Shown: piece by piece, positions 13,675 to 26,950 of the stretch
Layout of the letters: every line of letters begins with the position of its first letter
Position numbering within the stretch: the first letter of the stretch is position 1
Origin: Trichoplax adhaerens
Lineage: Eukaryota; Animalia; Placozoa
NCBI RefSeq assembly: GCF_000150275.1
Contig: NW_002060958.1
Coordinates: 340,374 to 404,373 of the forward strand
Direction of reading: 5' to 3'
DNA length: 64,000 nt
Translations under genes and position numbers: made by a program
The notes under the pieces: generated by a model
The model's input: the letters and a program-made list of their open reading frames with translations, nothing else
Database searches by the model: none
Told to the model about the DNA's origin: nothing

Positions 13675-16162
13675 ATGGACAAGGAAGAACAACACTGGAT
13701 TATTCGCAGCTCAACATCGTACAACGAATCTTTCGGAGTGTTTTCAAGCCTGCGCCAAAGTGGAGTTTTATGTGATGTTATTATTGTGGTGGAAAATAGT
13801 AAAATACCTGCGCATCGATTAGTTTTAGCTTCTTACAGTCCATACTTTTATAGTATGTTTACCAGTAATATGATTGAAGCAACTCAACAAGAAATCACCA
13901 TTGGCAATATTGATGCTACAGCCGCTGAAAAATTGATCGAATTTGCATACGGTGGCCAAATCTACTTAAATAAAAATAATGTACAATCACTATTCACAGC
14001 CTCTGATCTATTGCAAATTGATTTAGTTAAAGAAGCTTGTCGTAATTTTATCATCAAACAAATGGATGCCAGTAATTGCTTAGGTATACGTGCCTTTGCT
14101 GATACATACTCATCTGAAGAATTAGTTTTATCTGCTAATCAATTTATCAATCGTAGCTTTGCTGAAGTATCTCATAGCGACGAGTATTTATCACTATCGG
14201 TCAAACAAGTACAAGAATTATTATTGCGTGATCAATTAAACGTAGCCAGTGAAGAATTAATTTTCGAAGCATTAATAGCATGGACACGCTATCGACTTGC
14301 TGAAAGGAAGCAGTACTTCAGTTATTTACTAAAGTTTGTACGACTACCACTACTGTCACCACAATACCTGGCGGAAAAAGTGGCTAATGTTGACCTTATT
14401 CGAAAAAATATTGAATGTCGTGATTTAGTAGATGAAGCCAAAGATGCTTACTTAATACCTAGTAAACGTTTATCAATTGAATCATATAAAATCAAGCCTA
14501 GATGCTTTACGGAAGAGTTAGGTTATATGTATGCTGTGGGTGGGTTAGCAGCGAACGGCAATTCCGTCAATGCTGTCGAATATTACGATAATGTCCGTGA
14601 CGAATGGTTTCCAGCACCATCACTACAGAGTATGAGAAGTAGGTTAGGAGTAACGGCTTTATGCAATTGCATTTATGCTATTGGTGGTGTCGACGGCACT
14701 GAACGTTTAAGTACCGTTGAAAGATTAGATATCTCTCATCAACAAGCTTCATGGGAATATCAAACGTCAATGCGAGTGCATAGAAGTGCTTTAGGTGCTG
14801 TCAATATTCAAGGCAGTATTTATGCAGTTGGTGGCTATGATGGCACAGCATCATTGAATAGGTACTTAAATTATTTGAAAAATTTCTTGTAACGTCTATC
14901 GCTATGCAGTCGATCATATCAAGACAGAACTTGAAATATCATTCTAGAAATGCAATCCTTGTTGTGATCATTACTATTTCTTTGAACGCCTACGATAGCA
15001 AATTAGTTGTAATCAATTGCAAAAGGATACTAAAGACAGTAGTATATAAGACCTGCTACGTAAAGAAAAAGAATATATGCTATATTTATAGCAATGCTTA
15101 GAAATACTTTAATAATAAACAGTGGCGCCGTCTAGAGAATGCCATCGATGAATTTTAGATTATACCGCAGCAAAAAGTAGTTTAATTAGATTACTTATTG
15201 CTTTGTAATTATTTGAAGGTTATCATAATCTGATTAAAATTGAATGAAGCATTAGTCTGGCAAGAGAATGAGATCGACAGGAATTAAATAGCTTTTGTCT
15301 ACAATTTTTTCATAAAGTTCATGTTACCGTAATTTAATTAACATGTTAATGTGATTCTTGAACCGTAGATTGGTCGTTAAATTTAATTAACATTGCTACT
15401 GAATTAGACAGTAAATGAGTACGCAAAGCATTCATTTAGTCATCACCTAATATATCTTTCTGTTGTTATCGTCTTCAATCAAACTAGTGTTGAGCGATAC
15501 GAATTTGGTAAAGATACGTGGAATTACGTTGCTCCAATGACAACATGTAGAAGCGCTGCAGGAGTAGCTTCTTTAGGAGGTCGAATTTATGCTCTTGGTG
15601 GCCATGACGGATTATCAATATTTAATACGGTCGAATTTTTTGATTTACGGGAAGCTTATTGGCGTCATATGGTGCCAATGGCCACTAAAAGGTTGAAACT
15701 ACGTAGACAGCACTGCCCATTAATTTTAGCCAAATCATACCAAAATTCCTTGCATTAAAACTGTGAAAGTATACTAGTAGTTAAAAGATAAGATCTAGCA
15801 GTATCTTTAACTTAAGGGATGTATTTTTCTATTTTCATAGGTGCAGACATGGCGTCGCTACTCTAGAAAATAAGATATACGTTTGCGGAGGTTATGACGG
15901 TAGATCTTTTCTAAACACCGTGGAGTGCTTTGATCCCATCGCTGACAAATGGACTTTTGTAGCTCCTATGTCAATAAGAAGAAGCAGAGTAGCTATGGTA
16001 GCATTAGGTGGCGTACTATTTGTTGTTGGAGGATATAATGGATTTTGCAACTTAAGAAGCGTGGAATGTTATGATCCTAAGACCAATAAGTGGTCATATG
16101 TTAGTGATATGTCACAGCATGAAGGTGGCGTTGGAATTGTAGCTACTCCTCGTTTTCATTAG
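13675..16162 (+). CDS. KLHL18: Kelch-like protein 18-like (BTB-BACK-6xKelch CUL3 adaptor); 3 coding exons, probable 5'UTR exons near 11.9 and 12.3 kb
   Basis: Exons 13675-14861, 15488-15691, 15841-16162. [26 protein letters not shown], a BACK domain, and Kelch repeats with KLHL18-type motifs [41 protein letters not shown]. Confidence 0.9.
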
Positions 16163-18012
16163 TGTTTAAAGATTTCGCTGGGAGTTGACACATTTCTCTC
16201 TTTCTACAAATTGTACGCAAGATATTATTTTAGGCTTGTGCAATTTTCTTTTTATTTTCAATATTTAATATAAATATCGGTAAAACACTAATTCATTTTA
16301 TCTCCCCTTTGCATCTTATTCTGTAATTCTGATCTGATAAACGCTGCATCCTAAACAGTGATAATAGTGTAACTGTTCAGTATTGCAAAGCTCACTATTA
16401 AGCAGTATATAGATTACATTTACTTAGCACTATTATTTCCGTTAACCGTTTATACATGTGACGAAAACTTACTTTTGTTGGCATGTGAATATTTCATTGT
16501 AAAGAAAATCGTCGTTACACTTTCATGTATTATCGAACATTTAGAATAGACATCTTATTGAGTAAACTGAAGGAATATTTAACTTTTAAATCATCAATCT
16601 GCTATCAGTAGATATTCATCGAGACTTGCATAGTAATGTTATACGCCATGGAAATATTGCGATGTTTAGATCTTTAATTTATCCTACAGTTTCAGTATCA
16701 GATACTTTCATAAGATGTTAAATTCTATGTCATCTTTGCCATTCACTTGTCTGGTGAGCTATCTGTGCTTATAAGTTTGGAAACTATATCCTTTCACAAC
16801 AATTTTCTCAGAGCATTGTCGTTTCTATATGCGATGGTTTCAGAATGCTAAGCTTTATAAAGACTGTTCAATATCTTACAAAATTTCCTACCCAAGATTT
16901 ATAAGATATTCCAGTCTTAAGTTATTATTTATGCGATTATATACTATCATCGAAATCGAGTACCTTGAGATATTTAGCATATATTAATATTTACTTTCAA
17001 AATTATTTATTGACCTTTTTGTTAATCTTCACAGTGTTTATTTCATTCAAAGTTGTAACATACTATTCAGATTACTGTAGCAATCTTCGGTGAATATAAA
17101 TATTGAATTGCTTATGTACTACTTACAGTTAATTTGAAATTATATCACTATAAGAATAATCGTAAGCTAATTATTTAGTTTAAATATACAATTAATCATA
17201 AGTACTTCAAGCTTTGGAAGTCTATAGATTCTACTGAGCATTAAGTAATATACCCTTTTAACTGTTATACTGTATGGAACCGATACATGATTGTAAATCA
17301 CTTCACATTTAACAATAAATCCGACGATCAATACTAGATAAAGTCATTTTAAAAGCTAGTAATGATGCCTTTGGTTAATCCAGTAATGAAAACTTGAACT
17401 AGTCGATGCTTGTTTCTATTCGAAATTCAATTACCAGAAACAGATTGATTAACTGTAGTAAAGCATTACATCCATCTAAGCAGTGTGCAGTAATCTTGAT
17501 AACTATGCAATTAACCTGAATTTATTTTATTATAGATATCAGCTCTAGTACACACTGTCTGAAAGAAGTAGAAATTCAAGTTACTAATGCCAGTTATTGA
17601 ATATAATATAATTAAGATATTATCAAATCGTAAAAGTGCAGTGATGGAGTAAATATGAATAGTAATCTTGCAATACTTTAAATAAATATGTGCGAATGCC
17701 ACAAAAGCGACCAAATATCGTTCCTATTGATAATAATGTAAATGATAGTTTAGACTGTATTATGTATTAAGCACTTCGGTAATTGATACGCATTAATATT
17801 ATTTTATCCATGATCACAATCAATCGAAGGCACAACTTTAGTTGCTAAAAATCCATCTTATCGTTAATCTAAAATTAGACAATAATAGCTTATGTATCAT
17901 ATACGCATATTTCTCTTTACGCTCCATCACAGTAAGTGGAGAATCAAAGGCGATGCAATCACTGCATGCATTTCTGCAATGGTATTATTAATAGCGGTAA
18001 ATCACTTGGACA

Positions 18013-21000
18013 CTAACTACTGTTACCAAAAATGCTTAAAAGGAAGATAAATATATATATAATGTCAGTATATAAAGTCAGAGCTCCGAAAATGTATTCC
18101 TCTGGATCGAGTTCGTAACGTCTACCACCCATAATGAGTTGTGTATCATAGGCAAGGAACTATTACGAAGCAAATTGATCTCATTATTAATTGTTCTAAC
18201 TTTATAATCTTTAAGTTTTTGCAACTGTAAACATTATCCGAACTTACAAGAGTAAATATCAACGCTCCAAGGCTTGCGTAGATTAAATAAACAACCTAGT
18301 AGTAAAGGAGCATTAAGATATGTATCCTTTCTATAGTATGAACTAATGGAAAGGTACAGACTATATATATACTTACTCGGCTCCACATAAATATCATAAA
18401 GAAGCCAAATGTAAACAAAACCATACACAGGCAGAATAACAATCCATTCATCAACGTTAGATCCAGCTGTTAAAAAAAATCTACGGTTAGCTATGATTTC
18501 GAACTTTAGTGAAGTACGATACCAGAAATTTTAAAGCAGCTAAAAAAAGAACCTTTGTCTGACAAGAGAATAATGTTACTCCCAAAGTGACGATCTAATA
18601 AAACAAAGAAATTAGCGGTCAGTTGTTAAGGCTGAATACTTCGTCTAGTAACTTTGTTTAAAGAATACAATGTTTTAACTTATAGGGCCCCTAAAGAAGA
18701 CACATAGTTCTCTAAACAGTCAATAGAATGCATACGATAAAGGTATTTACTTTTGTAGTATGGTAAACGAAGGTGTAAAGTCGTTATATATCAAATTTAT
18801 CCAACAGGTTTTGAAGAAGTTACTTAATCATAGTGAATTAATACTTACGCCAGTAATTCCTAAGGCGATTAGTACTGTATCAATGGAATAACGGCTACCA
18901 GTTTGAGTGGCAGATAATTTTCATATTGTTAATTAATTTTACATACAAAAATGAAATATAAGAATTAGTACAAGCTTATCCCTTTTATTATGACCTATAG
19001 AACTTGGTGCAATCTATACAGCATTGCAGCCGATCAAAGAGAATTGTAGGTTATATTGTATCTGAGGCATTAGTCTAACAATATTTACCAGCTGATAACT
19101 CCAACCAAATATGATAACGCCAACGTCTACATATAAAACGCTACATTAATAAGCCAATCGCACACACGAATCTTGTTTGACTTATCTTAAAATTATCTGT
19201 AAAAGTATCTGTATTTATGAATTACTTGAAGAGTCCTTTAATCTAAGTAAGCAATGATTCACACTTACAAAAATACTCAACGTAATATAATTATACGGCA
19301 CTTTTCGTCTATATTCAAAATAAGGCGGATAAAATCACTTAGTATAAGGATTTAATGATAGTTAAACCAGTTACTGTTATGAGAGCATCAGGTGTATAGC
19401 TAATTCTAATTTTAGTGAATGGTATAAACTCATCTAACTGGTAATTGTATGCCATAGATACGGTTGATTATATATATGCATAATTATTGACACATAAGCA
19501 AAGTTAGTAAATTACACGTTAGAAATAAACATATCGCGGATTCATAGTCGCTTACCTTAAAGAAGGAACACATGTCATGGCCAAGAACGCAATCAGGAAA
19601 ATAACTCTGATGGTCAATCATAGAACATTTGGCTATCAGAACGTGTTGATTATTCAAGTATGATTATATTATTTACTAGTTTCAATATGTTCTCATCAAT
19701 AATATTTATAGTTTAATACTTACAGGCACGAAATATACATAGGAAGACTGGCTCTAACAAATTCTTTGACGCCCGGTCTATTTTTTTAAATAGATGCAGT
19801 AAATTCGGTATAATATCAAAAAATTATAACAGCATCATTATATTAGAAATGACTGCAGTGTGCAGTTCGATGATTCATGTTTGTATTAATTTGATATTCA
19901 TCTATTGGTTACATTCGAACAGTTTGTATAGTAGCATTCCAATACAGTATAAGACTTTTACGATAGATATAGGAAATATTGCAATCAACATTAAGACTTG
20001 AAATAACTTGCTGCTTGCATATATATGGCTATAAAAATTATCTAAGTCTTTTTAAACAAGGTGCCTACTTACACAAAAAGCATAATAGCGACTATGCCAA
20101 TTGTGACCGCTAACTGGATAGTCAGTATCAAATAAACCTAGCGAAAGGTTACATAATTCATATTTCATTACGATTGCCACATCGATTTAACTATTATTAA
20201 ATACATGATGATTGCATCACCTAGATCAACTTACCTTTCTAATGAAGGCTGGAGAAGATATCGGTTATGAAATAGAAAAAATAAAAATTGAGAAAGTGAC
20301 TTATTTGTCGTATAAAGTTGAATTTTACACTTATTAATTAATCTTACATGGGCATTTCTTTAAGTCTATACTCAAGATTGCACCAAGTATTAGCTTAAGT
20401 AACAAAACTAATCTACTGTTAGCAAGATATTTGAGTACAACACTCTTATTTCCTTCGACAAAATTGCAGACAGATACAAGGCAATTGCTCGCATATTGTC
20501 TTTATTAATGGAATTAATCTGTCGTTTGCAAGATATTCGAGTACGACACCCTTATTTCTTGGACAAAGTTGCAGATAGATACATGGTCCTTACTTGGATA
20601 TTGCCAATTTTCATTGATGGCTAAAAATGCAGTCGATAAATGTAATGCATTTTACGTTAAAGTTTGGATGCCTTTAGACTGTCGATTAAATGTATTAGTC
20701 GATAATGCCTGTTGGCTATTCTTGACTGCGTTGATCAGGAACTACGTATACATGTCTATCCATTACCGGCAATGAAACCCATGATTGCTACTAAAAGTAT
20801 TCCGTATAAATCCATTCTAATGTGATTCATTAACTGTCCTATTATTTTCCTATTTAGCAGATCGCAATAGCCTCCTATCTATAGTAAACTATCTTGCTAG
20901 TTAATAATTGATTGATATTAATTAATTAAAATTCTTTTAGTAGGTTTTAGAAGGATAAGCATGTTACAACAGTACAGTATTCATCATTACCATACAGGTA

Positions 21001-22153
21001 AAGTGAACAAATTTTAATGGAATGTAATTCAATACTGGTCAAACTCATTTTGCTTGTCTAGTAAGTTAGCTTTTAGAAATGTCTATAAGGCGTCCATCCA
21101 CATGTATTACTGTACTACTCCATGAAGATTATCCTTCTCTATATGTATAAATTCATAAACGTACGCTCGTATACATAGTTCTCTATAATTAACGCATACC
21201 TTGTGCATACTTTAAATAAAAATAAATTGATTTCCATCATTAAAATAGATATAGCGCACAGTCACGTCAGTACAAACAAACCGAAACTGAACTATCGATT
21301 AGGCATCTTTCTCAATGCATCTACTGTACTGTACTACTCCATTGATTAATTAACGCTTCCCCTATGTATACTGTAAATTATAAATTGATTTCAATTAGTA
21401 AAATAGATACTCTCCAAGTACGGTGAGTCTGTTACGCCAACAAAGTGAAACTATTTGTGCTCGATATCGATACTAGCATCCACAGAATATGGAAGAGTAC
21501 TGTAGAAGAGTAGATTTATTCTAATGAGTGCTATAGTAATTGAAGAGAGAGAAATGCAGTGTTTGTCGATCTTGTTTTCACCTAAGTAGTTCTTGACATG
21601 GAAACATTGTATATGTAGCAACTTTTGTTGTCTTGATATTACACGTTATTTAGCATTGAAAGGCATTCTACTCGACTGGATTTTTTTTGGTGTGTATCGA
21701 CACTATTTACACTTTAGGATAGCACTATGTACGGTGTAAAACATCTAGTCGAGTAAAATGATAGGCAATATCGTATTACAAGATATCATCAGCATAAGAT
21801 AGATTATTCAGGTCTAGCTAGAAGGAGAACAGTGTTGAAAACAAAGATCAAAGTACGTGCATTGTAGTCAATGGGCACAAAAACTGACCACGACGGATAG
21901 ATTTCTGGCTAAAATTTTCAGCGTAGTAGGAGTCAGCAGTATATAACGGAGGTAATGCTGAAGCTCTTTGATAACTTGGTGGAGGCTCTGTTGGCATATT
22001 TGAAGTTGGTTGTCCGCTATAATATTGTTGCTGTTGTGGTGGAGGAACTGGAGGATATTGACTCTGACTTTGGTATCCCTCCATGGCTGGAGGGGCACTA
22101 GCAGATGATCCACCAGGTGCAGGTGTAGGATAACCGCTTTTCTCCGCCGACAT
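18013..22153 (-). CDS. TMBIM/Lifeguard-family (FAIM2/GRINA/TMBIM1-like) membrane protein; 12 exons
   Basis: Pro/Gln-rich N-terminal exon 21889-22153 (PPSY) and a 14-nt exon 20235-20248 (AFIRK). Small exons follow, encoding VYLILTIQLAVT..RRKVPYNYI..FSCQTKLDLT..FLAYDTQLIMGGRRYELDPEEYIFGALTLYTDII (di-aspartyl sensor intact). TAG at 18013-18015. Confidence 0.95.
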
Positions 22154-22677
22154 GATCCACCAATGCAAGACGACAGTTAATAATAATTGTATTCAAATTG
22201 GATACCAACGATCAATTCCAAGGCTGTCAATGATCAGTCCAACTGATGAAGTTTGGAAACAACTTGGAAGCAAGATTTCGATCAGTAATAACGATCCAAC
22301 TCTCTCAAAGACCCAATCCAACGGAAAAAGTTGACAGAATCACCCCACTGGGAAGCAAAAGATGAAGATTTCGATCAGCAATAGCAATCGAGACTGTCGA
22401 CAGACAGTCCAGACGACGGTAGCTATGGCGACATGAATAGTACGATGGCTTCTCTAGGAGGTCTGCTACCCAAACTATCATTAAGATAACACTGCTCACT
22501 ATAGAAGCCAACAATGAACATCGATATTATTATGCCTCGAAAGCGGTACAGTACCGGTAGTATAGCAGTCTTGTGTACAATGCGCCCTGTAGTGTATAGG
22601 GTCTTTACTAGAAGTCAAGAAAAAACAAAAATTCTACCTAGGGTATTAGGGTATCATGTTACCCTGCTCCCAAAGAA

Positions 22678-22685
22678 TGACGTCA
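22678..22685. promoter_or_regulatory. CRE/ATF palindrome upstream of the TMBIM gene
   Basis: TGACGTCA about 525 bp upstream of ATG 22153. Confidence 0.35.
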
Positions 22686-22759
22686 CCTTAGTTAGCGAAG
22701 CCCGTCCCCAAAATCAAAAATGGCAGAATGAAAACGAATTAATAAATCATGAATACTAG

Positions 22760-23810
22760 GATTGCTTTATCTCTCTGCTTAATTCAGTAATCAAACAGCT
22801 TAAGATTTCTATTGGAGCTACTCTTTTTTCCCTAGATGATGCTCGGCATGGCTGACTGGTGTTGTCGACTGTCGGGGATATGGAGCATTTCAACTTGATG
22901 AATTCATAAATGCTAAATTAAATAAATTAAATTAAATAATAAAGCAACCTAAAGTTTCTATTAGAGCTACTCTTTTTGGCCTAAATGATTGTTGGCATGG
23001 CTGACTGGTGTTGTTGACTATCGGGGACATGGAGCATTTCAACTTGATGAATTCATTAATACTAGAATAATTTAAATTAAATAATAAAGCAACCTAAAAT
23101 TTCTATTGGAGCTACTCTTTTTGGCCTAAATGATTGTTGGCATGGCTGACTGGTGTTGTCGACTATCGGGGACATGGAGCATTTCAACTTGATGAATTCA
23201 TTAATACTAGAATAATTTAAATTAAATAATAAAGCTACCTAAAGTTTCTATTGGAGCTACTCTTTGTGGCCTAGATGATATTCGGCATGGCTGACTGGTG
23301 TTGTCGACTATCGGGGACATGGAGCATTTCAACTTGATGAATTCATTAATGCTTAATTAAATATATATTAAATTAAATAATAAAGCAACCTAAAGTTTCT
23401 ATTGGAGCTACTCTTTTTGCCCTAAATGATTGTTGGCATGGCTGACTGGTATTGTCGACTGTCGGGGACATGGAGCATTTCAACTTAATGAATTCATTAA
23501 TACTAGAATCGCTTGATGTTTCTGCTTAATTAAATAAATTAAATTAAATAATAAAGCAAGCTAAAGTTTCTATTAGAGCTACTCTTTTTGGCCTAAATGA
23601 ATGGTAGCATGGCTGACTGGTATTGTCGACTGTCGGGGACATGGAGTGTTTCAACTTAATCAATTTATTAGTACTAGGATCACTTGATGTTTCTGCTTAA
23701 TTCAATAATCAAGTAAACTAAGGTTTCTATTGGAGCTACTCCTTTTGGCCTAAATGATTGTTGGCATGACTGACTGGTGTTGTTGACTGTTGGGGATATG
23801 CAACGTTTAG
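22760..23810. repeat. Tandem array of ~7 copies of a ~145-175-bp unit (GC-richer core plus AT-rich linker)
   Basis: TTTCTATTGGAGCTACTCTTTT...GGCATGGCTGACTGGTGTTGTCGACT.TCGGGGACATGGAGCATTTCAACTT, with units starting at ~22803, 22951, 23095, 23241, 23392, 23564, 23720. Confidence 0.95.
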
Positions 23811-24159
23811 ACGCTGTAGCAGAATACAAACTATCAACGATCACCGAATTATTTTGTTGCTAGATCAAATCATAGCATTCACTCATCGAAAATCGATCTG
23901 ATGTTATAGTTTACATCAGATACAAAAGGTGTATTATATGGCGATAGAGTATGTCTGAAGAAAGACAACTTCAGTGATGTTGTCATTTTTTACTTCTATC
24001 TAACAGTCAATCGGAAATGCAATGGTAGGATTACAACACCATCAGGGGAGTAATCTATAACTGTATCATGGACAGAAATAATATAAAGTAGAGCGTGCAA
24101 TAAAAGATCAAGTAAATATTGACACGCTCCTCACGCTTTAGATAGTCGCCAGTTAAAGA

Positions 24160-24945
24160 AATAACTATCTATAGGAAATAATTCAATCCTATCATGCAAA
24201 TCTGCAAGGTGATGAATAACTGATTATACTAATAAAGCCAGTATAAATTCAAGAAATTTCGATCTACAGGAAAAAAGTTCCATCCTAGAAGGGGATTAAC
24301 AGTTGATTACTAATAGAACCTGTATTAATTCGAGAAACTACTGGCGGCAGGAATAAACACAATCATACAAGGGGATTATTGACTGATTACAAATAAAACT
24401 ACTATAAATTCAAGAAGTAACAGTCTACAGGATGAAGCTCAATCCAATCACAAAGGCGATTAATGACTAGTTACTAATAAAATCAGTACAATTCAAAGAA
24501 ATAGCAGCCTACAGGATAAAGCTTAATCCTATCACAAAGACGATTAACGACTTGTTACTAATAAAATCAGTATCAATTCAAGAAATGATTCTCTAAAAGG
24601 ATAAAGCACAACTCCATCATGCAATCCTAAAAGATGCTTATAAACTGATTACGAATACATTCAGCATCAATTCAGGAAATAACTGTCTGAAAGAACAAAG
24701 TGCAATCCTATCATGCAATCCTAAAAGGTGATTAACAACTGATTAAGAATATAATCAGCATCCATTCAAGAAATAACTGCCAAAGGGAAAGCTCAATCTA
24801 ATCATACAATCCTAATAGGTGATGAATAAGCGATTCATTATAAATAAAATCAGTATAAACTCCAGAGATAATTGACTAAAGGGGAAGACCACAATCCTAG
24901 AATACGAGCTAAATAGATGATGAGCAGCTGATGACAAATAAAACC
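24160..24945 (+). repeat. Degenerate tandem array of ~80-97-bp units (~9 copies) directly upstream of murA
   Basis: Recurrent CAATCCTATCA...GATTA..ACTGATTAC.AATAAAATCAGTAT.AATTCAAGAAAT..CTACAGGATAAAG; no long ORF in the track. Confidence 0.85.
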
Positions 24946-25210
24946 TACAGTCTATTAATTATAATATAATTGAATTGTATATTGTTATAAACTGTTAGAA
25001 CTACCACTTTCAGCGAAGGGTGTGGCTTGTAAGCAATGATTCCGACATTTTCCTTCTGAGTTAAAGGAACTTGTGAGACAAATACTTGTCTTTAGGGGTT
25101 TATGGGGGTTTCCCTTGGAAACCATTGATGACATACGAGACAGTCAGCCGCTGTACCAATATTGACTATCTTGGGCCCTGTAACTTACAAGGCAACACTT
25201 AGACGTCGTT

Positions 25211-26485
25211 ATGGAGAGAATTTTAATTCAGGGTGGAATCCATCTTTTTGGAGAAATAGCAATAAGTGGCTCAAAGAATAGTTCGTTACCTTTAATGGCC
25301 GCTAGCCTTTTATCGAATCAAACTTTACAACTTACCAATATTCCTAAGCTATCTGACATAACAACAATGAAGAACTTGTTAGTGAATCTTGGGACAGTGA
25401 TAGAAATCGTCGACCAAGAAGATAACGGTTTACAGCTAAAATTATCCTCTGCTGACATTCAAAACTATTTTGTACCCTATGAGATTGAAAGTAAAATAAG
25501 AGCATCTATTTGGCTTCTTGGACCATTATTGACTAGGTTTGGCAAAGCAACAGTATCATTTCCAGGAGGTTGTGAGATTGGTGCTAGACCAATCGATTTA
25601 CATATAGCCGTTATGCAAGCGTTAGGAGCAAAAATAATAATGCACCACGATTGTATTGATGCTCATGTAGATGAATGTTTAGTAGGGTGCAATTTTTCTT
25701 TTACCAAAGTATCCGTTGGAGCAACTATAAATGCAATTTTAGCTGCAGTTTTAGCAAAGGGTGAGACCAATTTGTTTCACTGTGCAAGAGAACCAGAGAT
25801 AGCTGATTTATGCCGTTGTTTAAATCAAATGGGAGCAGAGATCAAGGGTATTGGTACGACAGAATTGACAATTATTGGAAAAGATAGGCTCGATGGTACT
25901 AGCTATAAGGTAATGCCAGATAGGATAGAAGCAGGAACTTACATGATAGCGGCAGCAGTAACTAGAGGAGATGTCAAGTTACTGGGCATTGAATGTGACT
26001 TAATTGAAAATTTAGTAATGAGAATGAAAGCCGCTGGTGTAAGCATTCTACAGGGTAAGAACTTTATACGAGTGAAACATCAAGGTCCTTTAAAGCCTGT
26101 TAATATTTCAACACAGCCTCATCCTGGTTTCCCGACTGATTTACAAGCTCAATTCATGTGCTTGATGACCTTGGCGGAAGGATTATCAACTATTTCGGAG
26201 ACTATTTTTGAAAATCGGTTTATGCATGTTCGTGAGTTGTGTAAAATGGGAGCTAACATAACTATTGATGGCCATGATGCGGTTGTACAAGGAGTCCAAT
26301 CTCTAGTAGGGGCTGAAGTTATGGCAAGTGATTTAAGAGCTTCGGCAGGCTTAGTGATTGCAGGACTTTGTGCCAGAGGTGAAACAACCATTAGAGGGGT
26401 GCATCACTTAGATAGGGGATATCAGTCGCTTGAAAAGAAATTATCACAGTGTGGGGCTAAAATTTCGAGAATCACGGGCGATTAA
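25211..26485 (+). CDS. murA: UDP-N-acetylglucosamine 1-carboxyvinyltransferase (MurA), intronless, Rickettsiaceae-like
   Basis: 424-aa ORF with GSKN (K22/N23), RAS (R91), PGGCEIGARP (C115, R120), SVGAT, AREPEI, DRIEAGTY, PGFPTDLQAQF (D305), IFENRFMH, DLRA, HLDRGY (E. coli numbering). Rickettsia-type strings are RASIW, SVGATINAILAAVLA and GAEVMASDLRAS. Confidence 0.97.
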   Translation: MERILIQGGIHLFGEIAISGSKNSSLPLMAASLLSNQTLQLTNIPKLSDITTMKNLLVNLGTVIEIVDQEDNGLQLKLSSADIQNYFVPYEIESKIRASIWLLGPLLTRFGKATVSFPGGCEIGARPIDLHIAVMQALGAKIIMHHDCIDAHVDECLVGCNFSFTKVSVGATINAILAAVLAKGETNLFHCAREPEIADLCRCLNQMGAEIKGIGTTELTIIGKDRLDGTSYKVMPDRIEAGTYMIAAAVTRGDVKLLGIECDLIENLVMRMKAAGVSILQGKNFIRVKHQGPLKPVNISTQPHPGFPTDLQAQFMCLMTLAEGLSTISETIFENRFMHVRELCKMGANITIDGHDAVVQGVQSLVGAEVMASDLRASAGLVIAGLCARGETTIRGVHHLDRGYQSLEKKLSQCGAKISRITGD

Positions 26486-26950
26486 GTATCACTTTCATCA
26501 ATAAGAGATTCAAAATACAAAGATTTTAATCGTATTTAATGGAAGACAGCGAAACCAATAACTCTACAATTGGCTTGAATGGAGAATTAAAAGTACAGCA
26601 CAGATGCAGAAATAATTTATATTCTGCGGTATACAACCGAAGAGAGTGTCAAAGGTGAATACGTCATATAGTAATCCTGACGTAGCATTAAAACTGAAGT
26701 AAAATTATTTATTACCCGTAATACTTAATTTTTAATACCTTTCTAAAATTTTTCAAGAAGGTATGAATAAGTTTTATTAATTTCTGTAGCAACCAAGTAG
26801 AAACCATATTGCAGTATCACAGAAACTAGAAATTATTAGTGCCAATTTAGTTCTTCTCGCTTTATGTGGTCTATTCATCAATATCCATCACTGGTTGGAT
26901 AATTCAGATTTGAATGCTGTGCCTAAATAAGTTCGTGAGCAAAATCATAA

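Noticed and set aside
22760-24945. Arrays next to a bacterial gene as a possible CRISPR locus
   Set aside because: Units are 80-175 bp, linkers are homologous rather than unique spacers, there are no cas genes, and the context is eukaryotic
24160-24945. ~84-bp periodicity as an LRR-coding repeat
   Set aside because: Stops occur in the frames checked, unit lengths are not multiples of 3, and there is no LxxLxL pattern
25211-26485. murA as simple bacterial contig contamination, or as EPSP synthase
   Set aside because: There are no adjacent bacterial genes or gaps and the flanks are host repeats (raw-read confirmation still needed); the motifs are MurA-specific
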